Source: Candidatus Zixiibacteriota bacterium
GTDB taxonomy: Bacteria > Zixibacteria > MSB-5A5 > GN15 > PGXB01
Length of the DNA stretch: 64,000 nt
Direction of reading: 5' to 3'
Assembly (NCBI GenBank): GCA_016933695.1
Contig: JAFGAL010000013.1
Location: forward strand, 17,459 to 81,458
Shown: one piece after another, positions 9,888-17,290 of the stretch
How the letters are laid out: each line of letters opens with the position of its first letter
Position numbering within the stretch: the first letter of the stretch is position 1
Program-made: the position numbers and the translations under genes
Notes under the pieces: generated by a model
Databases searched by the model: none
Told to the model about the DNA's origin: nothing
What the model saw: only the letters and a program-made list of their open reading frames with translations

Positions 9888-10953
9888 AACCGATTTGCTC
9901 GTCGGTCAATTCCGGATAAATCGGCAATGACAGAATCGTCCGCGCCAGTTTCTCGGTCACCGGATAGGAATTGCTCGTCAGCCCCGCCTCGGCATAGGCC
10001 TTTTGCTGATGGATCGGAATCGGATAGTGAATCAGTGTCGGGACGCCATTGCGCGATAAAAACTGCTGAAGCTCGTTGCGCACGTCCGATTCCACCACGA
10101 ACTGATGATACACCTGATAAAAATGTTTGAACTCGCGCGGAAGTTTCAACGGCATCCCGCTCAACTCCTCGCGGTAACGCCCCGCCACCCGGTTGCGTCC
10201 GCGATTCCAGGCGTCGAGATATTTCAGTTTCACGCCGAGGATTGCCCCCTGGATGCCTTCCATGCGGGCGTTGTATCCGAAATGATCATGAAAATACTTT
10301 CGTTCCGATCCATGATCGCGAAGTTTGCGGATTTTCGCGGCCAGTTGTTTGTCCGAGGTCACGATTGCGCCTCCCTCGCCGTACGCCCCGAGATTTTTGG
10401 CCGGGTAAAACGAAAATCCCGCGGCGATACCGTAGGAACCCGCCGGGCGGTCTTTCTGCCGCGCCCCGTGCGCCTGCGCGGAATCCTCGATCACCTGCAG
10501 GTTGTGACGTTCGGCAATCGCCAGAATTTTATCCATATCGACCATACAGCCGTATAAATGTACCGGCATGATCGCCTTGGTTTTACTCGTGATTGCCGGC
10601 TCGATCAGATCGATATCGATCAGCCGCGTGGCCGGATCGACATCGACCAAAACCGGCGTGGCGCCGGTTTCGACGATCGCCGCAACTGTCGCGATAAACG
10701 TGTTGGCCGCCGTGATCACCTCGTCGCCCGGGCCGATTCCCAGCGCCCTGAGCGGCAAGAGCAGGGCCGAGGTGCCGGAGTTGACCGCAATCGCCTCTTT
10801 CGAGGCGCAATATTCCGCGAATGCTTCCTCGAACCGTTTCACCGACGGTCCCAGAATGAACGCGGTGTTGTTAATGACCTCCGAAATCGCGGAATCGATT
10901 TCGTCTTTTATCGAAAGGTATTGTGCCTGTAAATCGATGAATTTAATATCCAT
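9820..10953 (-). CDS. DegT/DnrJ/EryC1/StrS family sugar aminotransferase
   Basis: The start was trimmed to ATG 10953. 377 aa with motifs FIDLQAQY, NSGTSAL and SFYPAKNLGAYGEGG (PLP-lysine region). Confidence 0.9.
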   Translation of the reverse strand: MDIKFIDLQAQYLSIKDEIDSAISEVINNTAFILGPSVKRFEEAFAEYCASKEAIAVNSGTSALLLPLRALGIGPGDEVITAANTFIATVAAIVETGATPVLVDVDPATRLIDIDLIEPAITSKTKAIMPVHLYGCMVDMDKILAIAERHNLQVIEDSAQAHGARQKDRPAGSYGIAAGFSFYPAKNLGAYGEGGAIVTSDKQLAAKIRKLRDHGSERKYFHDHFGYNARMEGIQGAILGVKLKYLDAWNRGRNRVAGRYREELSGMPLKLPREFKHFYQVYHQFVVESDVRNELQQFLSRNGVPTLIHYPIPIHQQKAYAEAGLTSNSYPVTEKLARTILSLPIYPELTDEQIGYVSAKIREFFGKEYQDTLRLEN

Positions 10954-11241
10954 AACCTGTTGCCTCACCATAAATTTCCCGCAAACATAACACACCGTGC
11001 GACGCAAGTCAAGCCCTTGTCGGCACAACGATAATTCGGGAAAAGGCCCCAATAGGACGTTTTATGTCGACACGGGCGCGGCCAACGGTTTGACCATTCC
11101 TGCGACAAGGTCAATCATAGGCGAGTGATATCCATATTCGCCAGTTTCAAATGGAACAATCGATGAGAGTGATTCGTTTAAAGAAATAATTGGTAGATTG
11201 AAAGACCATTTTTTTGCATACCTCTCTTTAATGGTCAAGAC

Positions 11242-11269
11242 AGCCCCTTGCCGACGGCAGGGGGCTTTT
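11242..11269 (+). terminator. orphan intrinsic-terminator-like hairpin oriented for the plus strand
   Basis: A 10-bp GC-rich stem (11243-11252 / 11256-11265) with loop GAC is followed by TTTT (11266-11269). There is no plus-strand CDS upstream. Confidence 0.45.
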
Positions 11270-11292
11270 GGTATATGCATGCGAATACAATC

Positions 11293-11316
11293 CGACCCGG
11301 CATGCGCGCCGGGTCG
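11293..11316 (-). terminator. GC-rich hairpin downstream of the 327-aa dockerin protein
   Basis: The stem is 8 bp (9 bp with a flanking C-G pair): GACCCGGC (11294-11301) / GCCGGGTC (11308-11315) with a 6-nt loop. It sits 31 nt after the stop at 11347. The downstream tail AUUGUAUU is only moderately U-rich. Confidence 0.5.
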
Positions 11317-11346
11317 ATTGATATGTTTGAAATACAGGTTATCGGC

Positions 11347-12330
11347 CTAATAGATGTACGCGATCAAATCGAGGATATCCAGCAGATTGATTCCGGAGTC
11401 GCCGTTGATATCCCCCAATTCGAGCGGATCGGGCGCCGGACCTTCCTGGTAAACATAGTCGATTAAAAACAGAATATCCAGAAGGTTGGTCCCGCCGTCG
11501 CCGTTGACATCATAGTCGGGAGGGTCGCCGAATGTCCACCCGGTCAGACGGGCCATCAACAGCCACCAGACATGTCCCTTCTGCCGGCAGTTGAAACAGT
11601 GCGAGTGCGCACAGGAGCAATCGTCGCCGCAGTCATGCAACGGTTCCGCGCACCAGTCACTGCACCATCCGCAGGCGTCACTCTCGTCGGGATAATAATT
11701 GCCGTCGGGATCCCATGATTCGATATCCGCGAAGTCGAACAGCACCTCGTTATTGGCCGCGCAATACGCCCGGATCTGGTTGTTGTGACGATAGACATTG
11801 CCTTCCGGACCTTCCCCGTTCAAACGCCCGGTCTGGAACACGAACGTCACAGCGGGATAGGCATTGTCAAGTTCCGTCATCTTTTCGCAATAGGCCTGAG
11901 TCTGTTCCTCGGTGTAATACTGGTGTTCCCAACACCACGAAACACTCGCGATCCTGCAATCCGGGTGAGTGTCCAGATAAGACCGAAACGACGGCGCCCA
12001 GGTGGTGTCACCATCGGTCCCGACATGGCTGGAAACCTCCGTCACCTGGGTCGTGGCGTAGTCCGGCCAGCCTTCCACGTCGCGCATATACACCATACCG
12101 GTCAGGATCTGACTGCCATGCGAGGTATGATGATAATAAAACGGGTAATTATCCATGATGTCCTGTTTGACCGTTTCGGGAATGGATTGATACCGCACGA
12201 AATTCTCGCCGGTGCACCAGGTGTGATCGGCGATGATACCCTGGCCCACCGCCAACGGCGCCGCCAGGAGAATGGTGATGAGAATGAAAACGAGCCCTAA
12301 GCTTGATGTGGGATATCTTCCCCTGTGCAT
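11347..12330 (-). CDS. secreted Cys/His-rich protein with two C-terminal dockerin-like repeats (paralog 1)
   Basis: ATG 12330 is preceded by GGAGG. It has a signal peptide (LGLVFILITILLAAPLAVGQG), an unassigned ~230-aa catalytic-looking domain and a cluster of 8 Cys. The tail has DVNGDGGTNLLDILFLIDYVY and DINGDSGINLLDILDLIAYIY repeats (dockerin/EF-hand type). Confidence 0.8.
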   Translation of the reverse strand: MHRGRYPTSSLGLVFILITILLAAPLAVGQGIIADHTWCTGENFVRYQSIPETVKQDIMDNYPFYYHHTSHGSQILTGMVYMRDVEGWPDYATTQVTEVSSHVGTDGDTTWAPSFRSYLDTHPDCRIASVSWCWEHQYYTEEQTQAYCEKMTELDNAYPAVTFVFQTGRLNGEGPEGNVYRHNNQIRAYCAANNEVLFDFADIESWDPDGNYYPDESDACGWCSDWCAEPLHDCGDDCSCAHSHCFNCRQKGHVWWLLMARLTGWTFGDPPDYDVNGDGGTNLLDILFLIDYVYQEGPAPDPLELGDINGDSGINLLDILDLIAYIY

Positions 12331-12473
12331 ATTACCTCCGGCAAGAAAGCTTAGAAATGGTAAGTACTATTTGCTAAGAATATACAGGCATTGTCCATAT
12401 TCACCAAGCGTTTTTTCCCGGTAGATCGAGCGTATTCATCCCGAAATCGGCAGGGTGCCCCCTGATATAATTC

Positions 12474-13472
12474 CTATAATTCTATTGGCCAGTAAATGTA
12501 TGCAACCAACTGCATCAGATCCGCAATATCGACCATACCATCATCATCGAAATCAGCTTTCGCGATCGGGTCAGGCGCCGTTCCCCCATGATAGAAATAC
12601 TGTATCAGGAATAGGATATCAAGCAGGTCGTCGGCACCATCCGCATTGATATCATAATCAGTCGTCTCCGCAAACGTCCACCCGGTCAGCCGCGCCATCA
12701 ACAGCCACCAGACATGTCCCTTCTGCCAGCAGTTGAAACAGTGCGAATGCGCACAGGCGCAGTCATCCCCGCAGTCATGCGATACCTCCGCGCACCAGTC
12801 ACTGCACCACCCACAGGCGTCGCTCTCGTCGGGATAATAATTACCGTCCGGATCCCACGATTCGATATCCGCAAAATCGAACAACACCTCATTGTGCGCC
12901 GCGCAATACTCTCGTATCTGATTGTTGTGCCGATACACGTTGCCGTCAATGCCTCCCCCGTTCAACCGCCCGGTCTGGAATACGAACGTCACATTGGGAT
13001 ACGCGTCGTCAAGTTCCGTCATCTTTTCGCAGTACATCTGGGTCTGTTCCTCGGTATAATACTGGTGCTCCCAGCACCAGGAAATACTCGCGATTTTGCA
13101 CTCCGGGTGGTTGTTCAGATAATTCCGAAACGACGGCGCCCAGCTGGTGTCACCGTCGGCTCCGACATGGCTGGCCACTTCCGTAACCTGCGTGGTGGCA
13201 TAATCCGGCCACCCCTCCGCGTTGCGCATGTATACCATGCCGCTTAAAATCTGCCCACCATGCGAGGTATGGTGATAATAGAACGGGTAATTGTCCATGA
13301 TGTCCTGTTTGACTGAGTCGGGAATGGTTTGATACAGCCTGAAATTCTCGCCGGTGCACCAGGTGTGATCGGCGGTGATGCCCTGACCCGCCGCAATGGA
13401 AGCCGCCACTAGAATGGTGATAATGGTCAAAATGAGCCCTGAACCCAACATGGAAATCAATCCCTTATTCAT
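12474..13472 (-). CDS. secreted Cys/His-rich protein with two C-terminal dockerin-like repeats (paralog 2)
   Basis: The start was trimmed to ATG 13472, which is preceded by GGAGG. The signal peptide is MNKGLISMLGSGLILTIITILVAASIAAGQG. The protein is collinear with paralog 1 over the whole mature region. Confidence 0.8.
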   Translation of the reverse strand: MNKGLISMLGSGLILTIITILVAASIAAGQGITADHTWCTGENFRLYQTIPDSVKQDIMDNYPFYYHHTSHGGQILSGMVYMRNAEGWPDYATTQVTEVASHVGADGDTSWAPSFRNYLNNHPECKIASISWCWEHQYYTEEQTQMYCEKMTELDDAYPNVTFVFQTGRLNGGGIDGNVYRHNNQIREYCAAHNEVLFDFADIESWDPDGNYYPDESDACGWCSDWCAEVSHDCGDDCACAHSHCFNCWQKGHVWWLLMARLTGWTFAETTDYDINADGADDLLDILFLIQYFYHGGTAPDPIAKADFDDDGMVDIADLMQLVAYIYWPIEL

Positions 13473-13847
13473 GTTTCCTCCGGTAAGAATGCTTAGCCCT
13501 GCAAGTAATGATGTATAGGATAGCCATATCAAATCCATATTCAACAAGTTTTTTTTATTTTTATCAATAATTCTTCATAGGCCTATTATATCCAGTATCC
13601 GATTATTTGCCAGGGGTGTCACTCAGCAAAATTCACATAAAACAATTATCCGAGGCATCTGTTTTGCACATATACAGGAGCAATTAGGTTTTCACAGGGT
13701 TTGGAGGCGGTGACTTGCATAAATATGCACAATCTATTGCGTTTTTTATGCATCATTTGGCAACGTAAAGCATCTATAACGTGAAAACCGGCGAAAAACT
13801 AACATATACCAACCGACATAATAACTAATTTGAATGGAGGACATTCC

Positions 13848-14924
13848 ATGTTCAAGTCAACGGGACTGTTGATTCTGTCACTTATCCTGATCATCGGCCT
13901 GATCGGATGCGGGAATGAACCCGACCTGCTCACATCTCCCGATATGTCATCTCTGCATTCACTCGCCGCCGGCCTGGCGGTGCCCGAGGGCGCCACGCTG
14001 GAATCGGCGGAATTTGTCGTGTATGTCGTTCGCGCCACCGGCCAGCCGATCAATATCCACCGCATCAATGCCCCCTGGGAAGAGATGACGGTGACCTGGA
14101 ACAATTTCGGCGGGGCGTATGAATCCGAAGTGGTGACCACGTTCACGCCCACCGAAGTCGGCTGGCATGAAATCGATCTGACCGGACTGGTCGGATCGTG
14201 GATGGACGGGACATACGAAAACTATGGCTTTCTGATGGATCAGGTTGAAGAGACCTATCCGCGGACTATTTACCACAGCCGCGAAAGCGACCGTTACAAT
14301 CCGTATCTGCGTGTCTGTTATTCGGTTAACGGCGAAACCCTGTGCGACAGTGTCCTGGCCATGGCCGACGCCTACATTTGGCAGATCATTCCCAACACCA
14401 ATCGAGGCGCCGAATGGCGGCTGTATACCGGCTGGGAAGATGAAACCGATCTCGAAAAACAATCGCTGGTGAAATTCGACCTGGAAGTTGCGCCTCCCCA
14501 GCAGGAGGGATGCTCCCGCACCATCGGTTACTGGAAAACGCATGCCGGCTTCGGTCCGCAGGCCGACATGGTCAGCGCCTATTTGCCGATCTGGCTCGGG
14601 ACTGAGGGTGGCGCGAAAAGCCTTGCCGTCACCGATGCCGCTACCGCCGTCAATGTTCTGAAGATGAAAACCTATGGAAGCAATTCCAATGGTATTACCA
14701 AGCTATATGCCCAGCTTCTGGGGACCAAATTGAGTATCGCTTCCGGCGCCAGTGATGTTGATGTCGCCGATGCCATTGCCGAAGCCGATGCTTTCCTGGC
14801 CGACCACGACTACACTAACTGGAAGAAACTCAGCGGTGAGGAAAAAGACATGGTTCTCGATTTAAAGACCATGTTCGATGACTACAACAACGGAATCATC
14901 GGCCCCGGACATTGTGATGATTAA
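13848..14924 (+). CDS. lipoprotein with N-terminal DNRLRE-type domain and unassigned C-terminal domain
   Basis: The start was trimmed to ATG 13848 (GGAGG at 13836-13840). It has a lipobox LIGC and a motif INIHRINAPWEEMTVTWNNFGG characteristic of DNRLRE domains. The C-terminal domain begins GCSRTIGYWKTH and ends GPGHCDD. Confidence 0.8.
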   Translation: MFKSTGLLILSLILIIGLIGCGNEPDLLTSPDMSSLHSLAAGLAVPEGATLESAEFVVYVVRATGQPINIHRINAPWEEMTVTWNNFGGAYESEVVTTFTPTEVGWHEIDLTGLVGSWMDGTYENYGFLMDQVEETYPRTIYHSRESDRYNPYLRVCYSVNGETLCDSVLAMADAYIWQIIPNTNRGAEWRLYTGWEDETDLEKQSLVKFDLEVAPPQQEGCSRTIGYWKTHAGFGPQADMVSAYLPIWLGTEGGAKSLAVTDAATAVNVLKMKTYGSNSNGITKLYAQLLGTKLSIASGASDVDVADAIAEADAFLADHDYTNWKKLSGEEKDMVLDLKTMFDDYNNGIIGPGHCDD

Positions 14925-14959
14925 AACCTGATATTCAGGACGAAAAAACGACAATTATC

Positions 14960-14993
14960 GGCCTGTCGATTTCAATCGACGGGCCTTTGTTTG
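14960..14993 (+). terminator. rho-independent terminator after the DNRLRE lipoprotein gene
   Basis: An 11-bp stem ggcctgtcgat / atcgacgggcc with loop ttca is followed by TTTGTTTG. Confidence 0.7.
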
Positions 14994-15004
14994 CCATAAA
15001 AAAA

Positions 15005-15097
15005 CGGAAGGGGTGGGAATCGAACCCACCGGAGACGGCACTACCGCCTCCCCACGGTTTTGAAGACCGCAAGGGCCACCAGACCCTATCCGCTTCC
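15005..15097 (-). tRNA. selC: tRNA-Sec (anticodon UCA)
   Basis: Hand fold of the reverse complement shows several tRNA-Sec hallmarks: a GGAAGCGG acceptor start, a 6-bp D-stem with 4-nt loop (AGGGUC-UGGU-GGCCCU) and a 6-bp anticodon stem with loop CUUCAAA. It also has a long variable arm (GGAGGCGG...CCGUCUCC) and a T-arm GUGGG-UUCGAUU-CCCAC. CCA is not encoded. There is one C-C mismatch in the acceptor stem. Confidence 0.85.
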
Positions 15098-15331
15098 GGG
15101 AACAATATATGAAAAACCAGCAAATAGGCAAGAATTCACCCGGCGATTTTCCAGGTCAGTATATACTTCTCGCATACCTCTGGCATCCAATGGCTTGTCT
15201 ATCATGAATACTAAAGCCAGGTTTGAGATTGCTTTCCATCGGGAACAATACCGGTCCACGATTTTGTTTAAGGAGTAACCTGAATACCAACCGGGTCTGC
15301 TATTTTGATTTGGCATCAATGCGTTATACTG

Positions 15332-15360
15332 AAACAAAAAGGCCGACAGTGACGTCGGCT
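15332..15360 (-). terminator. rho-independent terminator (minus strand) downstream of bshB1
   Basis: Stem GCCGAC / GUCGGC (15342-15347 / 15354-15359) is followed on the minus strand by UUUUUGUUU. Confidence 0.5.
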
Positions 15361-15402
15361 ATTGTGATACTTGCAAATAGGTGACAGCAGGAGTCTGACG
15401 AC

Positions 15403-15438
15403 AAGCTCACGGCAGCAACGCCGTGGGCTTTTGTTTTT
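15403..15438 (+). terminator. terminator-like hairpin oriented for the plus strand
   Basis: An 11-bp stem aagctcacggc / gccgtgggctt with a 6-nt loop is followed by TTGTTTTT on the plus strand. It lies 10 nt from the bshB1 stop, but in the wrong orientation for a U-tract on that transcript. Confidence 0.45.
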
Positions 15439-15448
15439 AAACCATGGC

Positions 15449-16171
15449 CTATACTGAACGGACTTTCATCGCCAGCGGATCATCGACCAGTATATTCTCC
15501 TTGATCGAAAACGCCTCGGCGTATTTCACACCAACCAGATGCCCGTAATACTGCGCCGTGACCGTCATGAACTCAACGATATTGACACCCGGCTTGTAAA
15601 TACGGTTCGATTCGGGCGTGCCGTCGAACTGCGACGTATATGCCGCAACACATTTCAGCTTGCGCTCGAACTGCTCGGTGACATCCACGAAAAATGAATG
15701 CCGCACGTCGCGAAATGACGAGGCATAGATAATCTTGCGCGGTCGATGCGCCTCGCCTTCGATTTCAAGTTTGCTCAACCCCGCCAGATAACAGGCGTCA
15801 TACCCCAGTTCACAGGCGGCCAGATGATCGGGGTGTCTCTGCTCCCAGTACGGCAAAATCACCAATTCCGGCAAGTATTGACGAATCACCCGCGCGATGT
15901 TGAGTTTGTTTTCCCGGGTGACTTCCACTCCGGCATCGGGGATACTCAGGTTGCCGCGCCAGACCACGCCCATGATCTCAGTTGCCGCGGCCGCATCCCG
16001 TTCGCGTTCTTCAGCCGTTCCCTTGGTGCCCATTTCACCGCGGGTCAGATCAAGAATCCCCACCCGATACCCGGCATCGACCAGCTTGATTATCGTGCCG
16101 CCGCAGGTGATTTCGACATCGTCGCGGTGCGCCGCAATTGCGAGGGCATCAAGTTTCACCCGGTCAGCCAT
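15449..16171 (-). CDS. bshB1: bacillithiol biosynthesis deacetylase BshB1 (LmbE/PIG-L family)
   Basis: The start was trimmed to ATG 16171 (8-nt overlap with bshA). AIAAHRDDVEITCGGTI and DLTRGEMGTKGT motifs match the PIG-L/BshB1 family, and the gene sits next to bshA and bshC. Confidence 0.85.
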   Translation of the reverse strand: MADRVKLDALAIAAHRDDVEITCGGTIIKLVDAGYRVGILDLTRGEMGTKGTAEERERDAAAATEIMGVVWRGNLSIPDAGVEVTRENKLNIARVIRQYLPELVILPYWEQRHPDHLAACELGYDACYLAGLSKLEIEGEAHRPRKIIYASSFRDVRHSFFVDVTEQFERKLKCVAAYTSQFDGTPESNRIYKPGVNIVEFMTVTAQYYGHLVGVKYAEAFSIKENILVDDPLAMKVRSV

Positions 16172-17288
16172 GAAGAACTTCCTCGTAATAGCGTTCGTAC
16201 TCATCGATAATTTTGTCGGCATTGAACCGTTGCAATGCCAGACTCGCCGCCTCGGCTTTGAAACGGTTCAATTGCTCCCGGTCGGCCAGAAGACCAATGG
16301 CCGCCTCGGCCATCGCCGCGGTATCGCCAACCGGGAAAAGGAATCCGTCGATACCATGGCTGACCACTTCGACCAGCCCGGTATTGGTGGTGCCGATCAC
16401 CGGCACCCCGCAGGCCAGCGCCTCGAGTGCGGCCAGCCCGAATGATTCGTCCTCCGATGGCAGCAAGAACAAATCCGACAGCGGCAGAATCGCCTCCACG
16501 CGGTCCTGATTTCCTAAAAATGTCACCTTGTCCTTAAGTCCTCTTTTTTTCACCTGGCGACGTGCCAGGATGGCATCGGGACCCTCTCCGATCAGCATCA
16601 GCTTCGCCGGAAGCTCTTTCTGGATACGATCGAACACGGCGATGACATCAAGTGTCCGTTTGACCGGCCGGAAATTGGAAAGATGAGAAATGATGAATTC
16701 AGTCGGTTTGGCGAAAACATGGCGTTTGCAACACTGATCCGTTTGTGGACTGAAACGGCGGTCATCGAAGAAATTATGTATGACACGAATCTTACGGTCG
16801 ATTTCGAAGATTTCGATGGTTTCATCGGCCAGATATTTCGATACTGCCGTTATTCCGTCGGACGCCTCTATTGAAAATTTGGTAATGTCGAAGTACGACG
16901 GATCGGATCCAACCAGCGTGATATCTGTTCCGTGCAGGGTTGTGATGATCTTCGGTTTTTTGCACGTGACCAGTTGTTTGGCCAAAAACGCACAGGTGGC
17001 ATGCGGGATCGCGTAGTGCACGTGCAGGATTTCCAGTTCGTTTTCACAGGCAACTTCCGCCATCTTGGTTGCCAGCGCCAGAGTGTACGGCGGATGTTTG
17101 AACAGCGGATAGGCCGTGGTTTCGACACCGTGGAAAAACAGATTGGGCTGGAAACGATCAAGTCGGAACGGCAGAGCGTAACTGATAAAATGCACCTGAT
17201 GGCCGCGCTCGGCCAGTTTGTGGCCCAATTCCGTCGCAACGATCCCGGATCCCCCCGCAACCGGATAACAGGTGATTCCGATTCTCAT
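16164..17288 (-). CDS. bshA: N-acetyl-alpha-D-glucosaminyl L-malate synthase BshA (GT4)
   Basis: 374 aa. The N-terminus MRIGITCYPVAGGSGIVATELGHKLAERGH and TLHGTDITLVG closely parallel Bacillus BshA. Confidence 0.9.
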   Translation of the reverse strand: MRIGITCYPVAGGSGIVATELGHKLAERGHQVHFISYALPFRLDRFQPNLFFHGVETTAYPLFKHPPYTLALATKMAEVACENELEILHVHYAIPHATCAFLAKQLVTCKKPKIITTLHGTDITLVGSDPSYFDITKFSIEASDGITAVSKYLADETIEIFEIDRKIRVIHNFFDDRRFSPQTDQCCKRHVFAKPTEFIISHLSNFRPVKRTLDVIAVFDRIQKELPAKLMLIGEGPDAILARRQVKKRGLKDKVTFLGNQDRVEAILPLSDLFLLPSEDESFGLAALEALACGVPVIGTTNTGLVEVVSHGIDGFLFPVGDTAAMAEAAIGLLADREQLNRFKAEAASLALQRFNADKIIDEYERYYEEVLHG

Positions 17289-17290
17289 GT

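Larger units (their letters stand above)
11347..13560. repeat. tandem direct duplication (two ~1.1-kb units, each a CDS plus its 5' leader)
   Basis: There are long identical runs between the two units, for example catcaacagccaccagacatgtcccttctgcc in both copies. The leaders are also similar (cctccggYaagaaWgcttag, ccatattcaMcaag). Confidence 0.85.

Noticed and set aside
11062-11280. 72-aa minus-strand ORF between the DegT gene and paralog 1
   Set aside because: It has no SD and no recognisable domain, and its codons 5-13 coincide with a strong plus-strand terminator hairpin. I keep it only as a remote possibility; see the sRNA finding.
11347-13472. Cellulosome-type system implied by the dockerin-like repeats
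   Set aside because: There is no cohesin/scaffoldin gene and no recognisable glycoside hydrolase module in the window. Dockerin-like EF-hand repeats occur widely outside cellulosomes.
13759-13773. Sigma-54-like promoter TGGCAAcgtaaAGCAT upstream of the DNRLRE lipoprotein gene
   Set aside because: The GG-to-GC spacing is 9 nt rather than the canonical 10, and the -12 element lacks TTGC. No enhancer-binding protein gene is nearby.
14935-15278. Small ORFs 14935..15123 (-) and 15060..15278 (+)
   Set aside because: Both overlap the tRNA-Sec gene and its flanks, and neither has an RBS or recognisable motifs.
14925-15448. Genomic island or integrative element at tRNA-Sec
   Set aside because: I saw no integrase, excisionase or transposase, and no obvious direct repeat of the tRNA 3' end. 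The flanking genes look like ordinary chromosomal content apart from the small accessory patch at 11.3-14.9 kb.
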